The translations under genes and the position numbers were made by a program. From Mobula hypostoma (taxonomy: Eukaryota), in contig NC_086108.1 in NCBI RefSeq assembly GCF_963921235.1, positions 84,880,001-84,944,000 on the forward strand: DNA of 64,000 nt, read 5' to 3'. Each line of letters opens with the position of its first letter. Positions within the stretch are counted from its first letter, which is position 1. The notes under the pieces were generated by a model, which was given only the letters and a program-made list of their open reading frames with translations, had not been told where the DNA came from and made no database searches. This document shows positions 11,210-22,992 of the stretch, one piece after another.

Positions 11210-14200
11210 CTGTATAACAACACAGACAAATCAGGTCACTTCTGATCCATTAACAGGCTATCCAAATTTGAGGCATTAATATGGTGCAGCATAATGGTCT
11301 ACAAGTGCAAAAGTTCAGGACTCCTTTTTGAGTTTCTCCTAACTTGCAGAAGAATGAAATGAAGACATATTATTGATATTTGATTGCACACTTGGGCTCT
11401 GTCTTCAGTTTTTTAACTGGTATGTACCTACAAAGATTTCAGCATATGTAGTGAGTAGAAAAATAAATTTTAAGAATTGGTTTTTTTCCAATGATCACAC
11501 TCCTTAAAAAGGTACAAATCTTCATTCATGAAACTGAACTGACTTTGAAACAGGACTCTATTGTCTCCACTAACCCTCAGCCAGCTTCAGAATTCCATAC
11601 TGTTGTAGTTCTTACCTGACTGAATAAATATGGATCAGTTTTATTGACATACCTTGTGTTTCATCCTTATTCTACACAAACAGTACATGGTGGAGTTGGT
11701 ACTTCAACCCATACATGACAAGTTACATGAACATATGATGGATATTCGACTCCTTACTCAGCTACTGAGAAAGCTTGTATGATTATTCTAATGCAACAAT
11801 CAGCAGTGTAATGACCAATTTGTGTTCAATAATTTAACTGGATGTTGATTTTTTTAAAAAGATTTGCCTAAAAATACCTTCATGATGTATAATTTTCTAT
11901 ATGCTGTCATGTTTAACATAAAGAAAAACATTGAATAAAACTAGATTTTCACAGTTTAAACAGTTTACATCATCACTATCTTGAAAACATTTTAACTGCA
12001 TCTGTGTGGTCACATTTTTGTTTTATAGAAAACAAAATTGTATCAGCAATACAAAACAAAGATAACCAATTTATTTACAAGATGCAGGCTTGCTCTGTTG
12101 AATAGGATTATAGTTCCTTATAGTAATTTTTTAAAAAGAAAATGTAGCCAATATAACAAGTAAAACACTGAGTTTAGACATTAGAAGTTTGGCTGAGTCA
12201 GACCCTGGGGATTGTCCAGACTTAATCAGCAGAAAGTAGTCTCCATTTTAGATAGTTTTATTTTTTTTGTATAAAGTCTGAAGGAATTTCAATATCTTAT
12301 GTACAATTTATAAATTATTTGATAACAGTAAAAGGAAATTCTAATAGCTCATGGAGTTCCATTTCATGTGGGAAGATAACTGTTCTGGGATATTTCCCCA
12401 TGAGTAATTGCAATCTCTTATTTTAAAAATGTATTATTTTATTACAAAATGCTTTGTGTGAAATAATTTACAAATATGTTTTAGAGTAATTTATCATTGT
12501 TATATCATTTTCTGGCTATATAAGATAATTGAAACTGGTAAATCTTTCTCTCTCAAATCAGTAGGCTAATCTTAATTATAATATTTCGAAATGATCTTTA
12601 TTCACCCACACTAAGCTGTAGAACCTTTTTTGAAGTTGTATATTACATGCTGAAAATTAAATCCTATTGTAGTTTCTATTTTAACCGTAAACAAAAGTTT
12701 TGAGGTGCTTTTTTTTTGGTTATGCACTTTAACCAAAGATAGGGAAGAGAAGAATGTGTAAGAAAAGAAAAGCAATAGCAAAATTATTTGTTTGCAGGGG
12801 AGGGCTGTGAAACTAAAATCTAGCATAGAACTTGGTTGCTTCCCTCCTTTTTGAAATTTACAGCAGTAAGTAATTAATTCAGAACAGGGTATCTTGCACA
12901 AACTGAAAGACAGTAGTTCTTGTGCAGTATGCTATCTAATAAGTTTTATCAGCAATGCAGATTGCTTTGTAAATTTTATAAACTGATGTCAATTATTAGT
13001 CTCATTTAGTTTTAAAATGGAACAAAAAGGAATCTGTAGCTTTAGGAGATAAAATATATTCCAAATACGGCATATGTACAAAATTAGTATGAAAATATTA
13101 GAAAACCTCTGTGAACACCAATAATCATGCCACTTTGGTTTGGTAGGTCTTAAATGTTTTGGAGAATCTAACTTCACAATTTTAGAAATTCAAAAGAGGT
13201 AGACAAATAAAGAGACATTGTAGTAAAACATAGTTTTCCAACTGAATAGTAAAGTATAAGATACTACAGGTCTAAACTGGCAGAGATGTTAACTAACAGA
13301 ATGCTGCCAAAAGCTCCCTTACTGATCAAAGCTTTAAAAAAATGCAGGATACTTCGAACAGATAGCAATTTAGTAGGTCAGAACTGAATTAAGCAACTAG
13401 GAATCATTAGTGAAACATATCTAAACATATTTTGGGACAGGTTCATTTTTGATATCCCAATATGACTTTCAACTAAAAATATTTGGGAACAAGTTGCAGT
13501 ATCCTAAGGTAGTATCCTACAGGGTGTATTTACATAAAATAAATCAAATTCTTCTAGAAAAGAGTAGGAAAACACTAAATCTGGGAAACAAACTTGACGC
13601 ATCAGCATAAACAGTCTATCCATAACAAGATAAAACATTACCTTGGATTCTTCCTCTGAATGTGCATTTAAGACTTTCTTTTTTAGTTTATATAATCCAC
13701 CAACACCTCTGTTGTGGCTACCTTGTTAAAATAATTAAAATGTCCATACGTCGTGCACCCTCAGATGCACACAGAAAGTGTCATTTGAGCAATATGATAC
13801 TCGTGAGTTCACAATAAATTGTTTTTGTGATCAATGAGCCATTTCAATGGCCATCAAGGAGTATGAAGCCAAGAGCTCTTTCTGTCTGTAGACAGGTTCA
13901 AAAATTATGGTAAAGCAAATGCTGTTGCTGTTTAAAACATCAAATAGCATCAATGAGACAATATTTCCCTAATTAATCACCTTACATTCAAAGGTTGCCA
14001 GAGTTTTACCCAATCTGCAATTTTTTGAGAAAAGAATGCAATAACCTTAACATGGATCTCACATAATTTTTCTTAGCCACCAGCGATGGGGAGCTGTCAT
14101 TTACAGAATTCTGGCTGGTTTAAATTTTAATGTTTAAGAAAAATGAAAACCCAAGAAATGAACTACTTCATTATCCCCCAATCTTTTCCCACTAAAGTTT

Positions 14201-14369
14201 AACCATACTCACACTAGAAAACAAACAAGATGCTGACATTCATTATCCTCTTGTTTAAATATTTTGAGCTTTTTAAATGGGTAAATGCGCGTTCAGGTAT
14301 TAACAAGGTGAAAATGGTGATGTCCGGGATTAGGGTTATTATTCCAATAAATTGGAATTAGAAACTTCA

Positions 14370-14710
14370 GCTACTGTTTAGGCCTCCAGTCTCTTTGATT
14401 GCTACATCAAATGAATCTGGGTGCAGTTCCTTCCAGGCCTTGTTAGGGAACTGAAGTTGAAGCTGAGCGACCTTCAGCTCATTTGGAATAATAATGAGGT
14501 GACAGATAGGAGCTTCTGGGAGGTAGTCACACCTAAGCTGCAGGAAGCAGGTAGCTGACTGACTGTCAGGTGAGTGAAAGGGAATGGGCAAATAGTGCAA
14601 AGTAGCTTTGTGGCCATTCCCTTCAATAATAAAAATACTGCTTTGCATACTGTTGGGGGGAACACTGCAGCGACCAGGTCTCAGGCACTGTGGCTCAAAA
14701 GGGAAGGGCG
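14370..14710 (+). mobile_element. CR1 LINE 5'/ORF1 fragment
   Basis: gtgactgtcagg...gaaagggaat...tgtggccattcccttcaataat resembles the CR1 ORF1 region. It lies next to a CR1 3' fragment. Confidence 0.5.
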
Positions 14711-14764
14711 GAGAACAGCAGAATAGTGGTGATATGGGATTCAAGTTAATGTTGAGCTCTATAA

Positions 14765-15260
14765 AAATTCTTAAGTTAGACCACACTTAGGATACTGCAT
14801 TTGGTTGTGGTCACCTCTGGAAGGGAAGGAAGGTGCAGATATTTACCAGGATGCTTCCTGGATTGGACAGCATGTCTTATGAGGATAGGTTGAGCAAGCT
14901 AGGGCTTTTTTCTTTGGAGCGAAGGAAGATGAGAGGTATATAAGATGACAAGAGGCATAAATAGAGAAGACAGCCAGAGACTTTTTCTCAAGGGTGGAAA
15001 TGGATAATACAAGAGGGCATAACTTTAAGGTGATGTCAGAAATAGGAGTTTTACAGAGAGCGGTGGGTGCGTGGAATAGATCGCCAGGGATTGGTGGTAG
15101 AGGCAAATACACTAGCGACATTTAAGAGACTCTTGGATGGGCACATGGGATGAAAGAAAAATGGAGGAACATGTGGGAGGCAGGGGTTCATGCGATCTTA
15201 GAATAGGTTAAAAGGTTCGCACAATATTATGGACTGAATGGCTTGTACTACACTGTAGTA
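14765..15260 (+). mobile_element. CR1 LINE 3' fragment
   Basis: Decayed RT C-terminus (RPHL.YC..W.P, YEDRL..LGLFSLE) plus CR1 3' UTR. Confidence 0.9.
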
Positions 15261-15442
15261 TATTAAACACTACATTCATTATAAGCAGAAAATTTTTACT
15301 AATATTTTGTCACAGCAATTAACATGAAATATTTTCTCTTTATAGAAATATGCACAATTATTATTTCTGCCTAAATCCATGTTCAAAAAGAAAATTGGCT
15401 TAGTATTTGTAAGGTTATATGAAGCCACAAATACACCATGTA

Positions 15443-16251
15443 CAGTGAATTCTTGTTATTTGGGGCAGCCGTTTACTTGGGTCAACTCAAAGAACATAAA
15501 TTAATTAAAAATTACCCAGAATTCCCTTTGTTTACTTGGGACACCATGCTGCTTAATTAGAAACAGGGCCTGTTGCCAGACAGCTTTTACCTAGTGCCAG
15601 CCATGTACATTTAGACACTACAACTTGTTTAGAGTGTACAGTTTTTAAATAGTAGCAGTCGCACATGCTTGTGCCCAAAATACGGTGATTTCTGTCACTG
15701 ATAGTTGGCGAGAAATAAGCAGTAAGACAATTCAGAACTGTTTTACTCAGTGCAGTTTCAACCATTCAGGCTTGGAGATGCCAGAAACAGCAAAGAGTGA
15801 AAATGAAACAATTTTACTACTTCAACAAGTTAGGAATTACAAAGAATTTGAAGGTATTGACAATCATCTTGAATGTTGCAATAAATATGAAGATTTGGAG
15901 GATGCAATCGTCAAAAGGATTATATGAAGGCAGTCCATTGTCTGCGCTAGGTATCTGCACCAATTTTGTACATTTACAGTCAATCAAAAGAACACAGCAG
16001 CATACACTGGATTAATTCCTCTGTTGATAACTGTTAGGAACTAATACATAGCTTTGTAGTACTGTAGTAGTTAGTATTGATAGTGTCCAAATTTGTTCTG
16101 CTTTTCATTTAAATACATAATTTGTTATTCAGTTAAACAGTAGCCTGTCTATTTTATACCTTTTTAACCATTTCCATTAAACTTTAGCTAACTGAGGCAG
16201 CTGCTTAATTGGGTCAAAATGTACTGGTCCCAATTAACCAGCATCGGTGTG
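15443..16251 (+). mobile_element. Tigger/pogo-derived non-autonomous DNA transposon
   Basis: TA-CAGT start. Residual transposase peptide DSWREISSKTIQNCF (ORF 15685..15927). Subterminal inverted motifs aattggg/cccaatt. Confidence 0.7.
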
Positions 16252-17632
16252 TGATTTCTTTGATTTTTTTTAAAAGAATAGAACTACTGTATTGTCCAAC
16301 TTCTGAGATGTTATCCACTTTTTCTTTGCAAGTTAACAATTATGGACTACATAAGGTTACCACATAAAGATACTGCAACTTCTGAAACAATCATAGCAAC
16401 TTTTAGGCATGTTAAAAGTACTGTTAAAATACCTGCAGATTCATAGAAGAGTATTTGTCACTCTTAATTTATTTATTGGTACAGCTATTGTAACCATTTA
16501 GTTTTACAATAACACACTTTACACCACATTAACAGTCTAGGTTATGACTATGACAGTTCTACCAATACATTTCTTTATAATATTTCTTAATTGAAACAGA
16601 TCTACTCTTTTAATTCGTATAAAGTATATAGCAATGTATTAAAAATATAAATAGTTTAATGATTTAAATGAAATGAATGATTTAATTGGCAATGCTATGC
16701 AAATGATGGTTAAAATGGCTCCAATGCCTAGATACTTTAATGTCACCAGGAGGTGGAACACTATTTCTTGACCTCAATACTGTAGAATAGGTATGAAGTG
16801 GATCCTCCTCAGATACGCAGTTTTGTCCAGATGCTGCCTGGGGGTTACTTGAGTTGTGATATTCACACTACAATTTGGTATATAAACTTACTGGCTGTAT
16901 TTTTGCCAATATATGACAAATGTTAGATATATTTTAGATGGGCAATCTGTTATGAAACCATGTTTGCACAAGAATGATTGTAAACCAGTTAAACTGAGCC
17001 TTAATGAAGGTGGCTAAAAGTAATGATTTACAAACACTGCAATAGTTCACATTTAATTATAGAATGTGCTGGAAGCAAGGAGTCCATAAACATCGAGTTG
17101 GTTTTAAAGCAGGACTTTGTGTGTGCGTGGGGGGGGGGGGGGTTCAAAAATTATTTTAGAAACTTAGTCAGTTCAAGTATTTGTCCCGCATTGTTAGCAC
17201 TCAGAATGGCTTGTCCTCTTTTATACTGTCCTTTCAAAATTCTTTATTTTCAATTACTGATCAACATGCTTATTAAAAGTAATTATTATTCAGTGTTTAC
17301 CTCTCTGCCATCAGTGGATATACCATTTTATCAAGCCACTGCTAAAAAAAAAATCATCAAATCTCTAGTTATTTCTCTGATTAAGTTTTCAAATTTATGT
17401 TATATATATTGTTTTACTCCGTACTTCATTTAATTACAATAATTTGATTAACCCTCATCTAACCTCAATGAAAACATTTCATTTCCTAATCACTTATCTC
17501 TCTTTATACCTCTTTGGTTTGATATAAATCCTTTGAAGAATTCTTGGCATTCCTTTTAATAGTTTTTACCCTAATTATATAAAGGCTATTGCAATATTTA
17601 TTCAGCAGGTCGGGCAGCATCCGTGGAAACGA

Positions 17633-17672
17633 TCAGTCAATGTTTCGGGCCAGAACCCTTCGTTAGGACTGA
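17633..17672 (-). ncRNA. Degenerate type I hammerhead ribozyme motif
   Basis: tcagtc-CTAACGA-agggttctggccc-GAAA-cATT-gactga. The core carries a G-to-A mutation. Confidence 0.6.
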
Positions 17673-18033
17673 AGAGGTAAGGGGCAGAGGCCCTATAAAG
17701 AAGGTGGGGGCAGGGTGAGAAGGAGAAGGTTGGTAGGTTCCAGGTGAAAAACCAGTGAGGGGAAAGATAAAGGGGTGGGGGAGGGGAAGCAGGGAGGTGA
17801 TAGGCAGGAAAGATGAAGAAGGAATAGGGGAAAGCACAACGGGTAGTAAAAGGAGGCGGAACCATGAGGGAGGTAGTAGGCAGCTGAGGGAGGGGGCAGA
17901 GTTCCGCTTCCTTCTACTACCCATTGTGCTTTCCCCTTAAACACGAGGAATTCTGCAGATGCTGGAAATTCAAGTAACACACAAAGTTGCTGGTGAGCGC
18001 AGCAGGCCAGGCAGCATCTCTAGGAAGAGGTAC

Positions 18034-18069
18034 AGTCAACGTTTCGGGCCGAGACCCTTCGTCAGGACT
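18034..18069 (-). ncRNA. Minimal type I hammerhead ribozyme motif (intact core; sense in host pre-mRNA)
   Basis: agtc-CTGACGA-agggtctcggccc-GAAA-cGTT-gact. Confidence 0.85.
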
Positions 18070-18127
18070 AACTGAAGGAAGAGCTAGTAAGAGATTTGGA
18101 AGTCTCTTACTAGCTCTTCCTTCAGTT

Positions 18128-18163
18128 AGTCCTGACGAAGGGTCTCGGCCCGAAACGTCGACT
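18128..18163 (+). ncRNA. Minimal type I hammerhead ribozyme motif (intact core)
   Basis: agtc-CTGACGA-agggtctcggccc-GAAA-cGTC-gact. Predicted cut after 18159. Confidence 0.85.
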
Positions 18164-18386
18164 GTACCTCTTCCTAGAGATGCTGCCTGGCCTGCTGCAT
18201 TCACCAGCAACTTTGATGTGTGGTGCTTTCCCCTATTCCTTATTTACCTTTCCTGCCTATCACCTCCCTGCTTCCCCTCCCCCACCCCTTTATCTTTCCC
18301 CTTACTGGTTTTTCACCTGGAACCTCCAGCCTTCTCCTTCCCACCCTCCCCCCACTTTCTTTACAGGGCCTCTGCCCCTTCCCTCT

Positions 18387-18426
18387 TCAGTCCTGATGAA
18401 GGGTTCCGGCCCGAAACGTTGACTGA
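18387..18426 (+). ncRNA. Minimal type I hammerhead ribozyme motif (intact core)
   Basis: tcagtc-CTGATGA-agggttccggccc-GAAA-cGTT-gactga. Predicted cut after 18420. Confidence 0.85.
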
Positions 18427-18564
18427 TCGTTTCCACGGATGCTGCCCGACCTGCTGACTTCCTCCAGCGTGTTGTGAGTGTTGCTTTGACCCCAGTATCT
18501 GCAGAATATTTTGTGTTTGCAATATTTATTCTATGTGCATCTATTGAAGAAGATTCATTGATGC

Positions 18565-18818
18565 AATTGAGGAACAGCTTCTTCCCCTCTGCCATCTGAT
18601 TCCTAAATGGACATTGAACCCTTGAACACTGCCTCACTTTTTAAATATGTTATTTCTTTTTTGCACAATTTTTAATCTATTCAATATAGATATACTGTAA
18701 TTGATCTATTTATTGTTATTATTTCTTCTATGTTATGTATTGCATCGAACTGCTGCTGCTAATTTAACAAATTTCATAACATGCTGGTGGTAATAAACCT
18801 GATTCTGATTCTCATTCT
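18565..18818 (+). mobile_element. Rex1/Babar-like LINE 3' end
   Basis: aggaacagcttcttcccctctgccatc (RNSFFPSAI), then a 3' UTR ending aataaacctgattctgattct. Confidence 0.7.
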
Positions 18819-20057
18819 AATGCAGACAAAGGAAATTTGGAGATCCTAGTGGATTGCAGAAGCCAAGTTGTGTATATATGGTGTTAAATTAATGTCCCAC
18901 ATTGAGCGATATGTAAATGAGTAACAATAATAAAAACTGGATTCTTTCATTTTATTCTAACTAATGGTCTCATTTAGTGCACTCGACTTGTGAAATGTTT
19001 GTTCTCACAGATGGTGTAAATTGTGGAGCCTGGAGGGCCATTGTCAGGTGAAACAGTCTAGGTATGTAATTTAAGGTAAAACCAAACTTTAGTTATTTTG
19101 TGTATACTTCAAAAAGTGAGTATAATAGCAAAACAGGTGTGACCCTTTTTATGACACATCTTATAATGCATGAACTGTTAAACCATCAAGCTCTTAATTT
19201 CATAGTTTAGTGAAGGTAACTTTATTGTTGCCACATTTTCAAAACTGACCATGTTCTTGAGTCTATTTTAAATTACAAAATATGAGTGAAAAGATAAGAC
19301 TAGTACCAATCCAGAAGGTAAAAAAAAGTTTCACCATCACTGTGAACCAAGCAGCAGATCTACTGTCACTTTTTTTTTAAAAACTCCAAGCAGAAAAACA
19401 GGCTCTTTTCTCTGATCTCAAATTAATTTAGTTCTGATTTATCTGTACATTAAAACTAGCAAACAGACCAACTTTAAAATCTGAAATTAACGTATGTGAA
19501 TTTACCTGCACCACAATGTTTTTGCATTAATTGCTAAGAATAAAAATAAAGTTGAATTGATAACACAAATGATTATTGATTATTCATCATACAATGACAT
19601 AACAGTTAGCCAATCAGAATGCAAATGTCATAGAAAAATGTTTTAAACTGGGCCACTTAAGGCATAAAATGTTGCAGTCGTTTGTTGAATTGTTCTTATT
19701 TCATAATGGTCAGTCCTCCTGGAGACATTAAGTTCCTACATACAAGACTAGTTTTTGGTATTGTACATCTTCAAAATTAAAAACACATGTTCATCAGAGT
19801 TTATTTGAGTGATTAAGTGGTTCTGACAAATGATAACTTGTGTCCATTTTGTGTAAAAAGTATTTAAACAATAGGAAACAAAAGCCACTGTACGCTGGAG
19901 TATAAACAGATGGGGTCAGGGTTTAAGAATGAGATAAGGGGAAGAATAGGCAAAAAGTAAAGTGTTGGGGCCAAGAGAATGCAAGGAAATGAGAACATTC
20001 GGGTAAGAGGGGAAATGGGGTGTGGATGATGATTCTGAGCACGTTCAGCATTCTTAC

Positions 20058-20075
20058 CTCTGATTGGTGTACCAC
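20058..20075 (-). CDS. PTPRF: Microexon meA6 (18 nt, encodes G-G-T-P-I-R)
   Basis: cctcaccag|GTGGTACACCAATCAGAG|gtaaga. Phase 1-1, matches the known meA6 peptide GGTPIR, with a long upstream pyrimidine tract. Confidence 0.95.
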
Positions 20076-20175
20076 CTGGTGAGGTAATTTGAATGCAAAT
20101 AAGATTAAAGAGAAGTATTAGTACACAGAGGAGAGAACAAAAAATAAAGAAAACTGAAAGAAACAGGAAAGAATT
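20076..20175 (-). promoter_or_regulatory. meA6 3' splice region: TACTAAT branch-like motif, pyrimidine tract and SRRM4-type TGC
   Basis: Minus strand reads ...ttctttattttttgttctctcctctgtgTACTAATacttctctttaatcttattTGCattcaaattacctcacCAG. Confidence 0.6.
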
Positions 20176-20579
20176 AGATTTTTTGTTATATATAGTAAAT
20201 ATATATATTTATTTCTCAGCAACAGAAAGGGTTGATGCAAAATAACAAATCAGAGCAATTTCTTAGGAAGGTTAGTAAAGCTGTTCTCAGCAGTGCAGCA
20301 TCCATGTAAGTGCCTGGACTTCTCCAAGTTCTGAATTAACAATCACTCTTCTGCTAGTTAACTCATACAGAGAGCAGTGTGCTGCGGGTGGAATAACAGG
20401 GAAAAAGGTTCATGTTCTTTCATCATTTTTTATTAAAACACTTCAACCACTGCATAATTTTTAAACCTTTTCTTGGACAGCAAGAACAATATATCATTTA
20501 GTCAGGGTTCATTAGATGATATTTTATGTTATTACAAGGAGCTTGTTATGAGACATGGTGGGTGAATGTGTATGCCTCA

Positions 20580-20601
20580 GTTAGTAGAAGAATGCCATGC
20601 A
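20580..20601 (-). promoter_or_regulatory. Rbfox (TGCATG) and QKI-type (ACTAAC) motifs downstream of meA3
   Basis: Plus-strand catgca at 20596-20601 and gttagt at 20580-20585, about 45-65 nt past the meA3 donor. Confidence 0.5.
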
Positions 20602-20645
20602 CCACTGCTTTTATGCAAACTGCATTCTGAACACCAAGCACTTAC

Positions 20646-20654
20646 CAAAGGATT
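20646..20654 (-). CDS. PTPRF: Microexon meA3 (9 nt, encodes E-S-F)
   Basis: ttctcag|AATCCTTTG|gtaagt. Consensus donor, phase 1-1, correct position, resembles PTPRD meA3 (ESI) and PTPRS ETF. Confidence 0.85.
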
Positions 20655-22599
20655 CTGAGAAGTTCAACTGAGAGACAGAAAACAGAATTAAATAGGACAC
20701 ACAGTGCCTTGTGAGCCTTTAAATAAAGCTACTGATAGATAAGGTGGTTCAATAACTTTATATTGAATGCTTGGATCTCAACTCAAGATATACTTGTACG
20801 AATTTATTTGGCACAGTGGATAATCAAAGCCCCTTTTTCTGAATCAAGTGCTATAAAAGTTAACAAACACATGGCCTTTACTAAGAAAAATGGCATTTTG
20901 CAGAAGTCTGCATATCAGTTACCTGCAGAGATTTAGTAAACTTAAAAGGACACAGTACAACATTTAAGTGCAATTCACAAATCACCAATATCTAACTTCT
21001 TCTTCCATTGTGCACAAAACAATTTGAAACAATTTTACACAGCTGAAATAAATTGTTAGCATTTACAACAATTCACAGTTGTTCATTTTCAGGTTTCACT
21101 TCCAAGAATACTACAATTTAGTGTACAGCTGGGACCCTTTCTGAATTCAACAGTTTCAGATTACTGTTTTTTTTCCTGTTTGTATTATAACTGTCTAGTC
21201 CTGCTGTAAGACTATCCATCTTCATTATTAACACATTTGACTCTGTCCTCATCCATTGTTTAATCTATTGGGTACTTCCAATATTCTCTCCTTTCAACTT
21301 CAGTTCTCCAAAATAGTTCCAACCTGCATTGCATGGCTTTGACCTGCCCCTTTTGTTTTCTCTCTCTAATTGCCATAATTAATCTTATCATCCAGGTGAC
21401 TTTGTAAACAGCTTACTAAAGTGGAAAGCCCTGCCTCAGCCCATAAGAGATATTCCCATTATTCATTCAAACTCACTTTGCCCAGTCCTCTGCAACTTAA
21501 ACCTAACTTGTTTTCTCACTTTTCCAGTTCTGATGAAGGATATTCAACCTACAGCAATAATTCTGTCCCCCCTTCCAAAGATATCTACTGAGTGAGTTTG
21601 GCATTGTTTTTTGTTTCCATTTCCAATACTCACAAGGCCTTTTAGCTCCAGCAGTAATTAGCAGTGATATAGCAAATCTGCGTTTGGAGCTTCTCCATAA
21701 ATTTTGTAAGGTCAAGTATTTGCATTAAAAATGCAGGGTACAACTTCAAATTCAGACACAAAACTTAGAGGTGGAGAGACAGATTCCTGAGAGCTAGCAA
21801 ATAAACCGAAGTGTACGCACTGTTCTTAATTCCAGTCTCAGAGACCAGTCATCAGGATCCTTCCATGTTGTTTCTGCTAAAATGTGACACACACACCTCG
21901 CGTTTCGTAAGTCAAGAATAGCTCTACCAGCAGAATGAGGAAGCTTCGATTTTGATACAGGGTTTCCAGAAATGCTGGCATTCATAGAAGTCATTGTGTC
22001 CTTATAGATGTCTTTCTGGTGCCTTTTTCAATTTTTTTGAACAGTTTATTATTCATTTTTCATCTGATAAATAATGTGTAACTTTTCTTCCTGTAGGATT
22101 TCCTCTGGCACTTCTAGTTACATAACTTTGAGAAGTAACCTGCTTGAAATCATCCGGATGTGGTGATTGAATCCCAGTTTAGATCAGTCAACTTATTCAA
22201 GATCTGTATAGCATGCTAGCTACGATGTAAAGAAATAATGCTCCATTTCCTTAAAAAAAATTTACTTTGTGTGTAAGCAGTATAAAAACTCTTGTTTCTG
22301 TGAAAGATCAGCACCAGTAATTTCAGACAAATGTGATTGAAAATCTTGGGAAAAAAGCATTTTCAATATCACCCTCCTATTTTTGTCAGACTAACTACAA
22401 TAAAGCAATTAGTAGGATGGGATTTATAAATGTGTCAAAACAAAGTCCATCCTCATTTAACCAGTAATGTCAATTTACACAAAAACATGGGCAAAATTTA
22501 CTAACGCTCATGTTTTATCCGTAAGCCAATTTTGGGTGTTGTGCAAATGAATTTCACAGTCTTTTTCTCTAACTAGTGAAAAACTAACCATTAACCGGA

Positions 22600-22992
22600 T
22601 GTCCTTGGAGCAGTGGAGGATGAGAGGTGACCTGATAGAGGTATGTAAGATGATTAGAGGCGATAGTCAGAAGTTTTTTCCCAGGGCTGAAATGGCTAAC
22701 ACAAGAGGGCACAGTTTTAAGGTGTTTGGGAAGTAGATACAGAGGAGATATCAGGGGTAAGTTTAATTTTTTTCTTACGCAGAGAGTGGCGAGTGCGTGG
22801 AATGGGCTGCCAGCGACAGTGGTGGAGGCTGATACGATAGGGTCTTTTAAGAGACTCTTGGCTGGGTACATGGAGCTTAGAAAAATAGACGGCTAAGGGT
22901 AACCCTCGGTAATCTCTAAGTACGTACGTGTTCAGCATAGCATTGTGGACTGAAGGGCTTGTGCTGTGCTGTAGGTTTTCTATGTTCTATAT
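22600..22992 (+). mobile_element. CR1 LINE 3' fragment
   Basis: RMRGDLIEVCKMIRG-like RT tail and (ttctatg) terminal repeats. Confidence 0.9.

Larger units (their letters stand above)
17938..18222. mobile_element. Second Penelope-like pLTR hairpin nested in the outer element
   Basis: Near-perfect palindrome (arms 17978-18094 and 18103-18221). 12-bp TSD gtgctttcccct (17926-17937, 18223-18234). Confidence 0.9.
17604..18516. mobile_element. Penelope-like pLTR insertion with 5' inversion (outer element)
   Basis: Arms 17604-17840 and 18223-18457 are reverse complements. 15-bp TSD ttgcaatatttattc (17589-17603, 18517-18531). Confidence 0.9.

Noticed and set aside
17917..18457. Mirror-image ORFs MLVNAAGQAAS... 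on both strands (also at 35659 and 44104)
   Set aside because: They are translations of the non-coding Penelope terminal repeat and its palindrome, not genes.
20281..20400. Possible hairpin between meA3 and meA6 (ctgttctc...gcagca / tgctgc...aacag)
   Set aside because: Complementarity is too short and broken to support without folding or covariation data.
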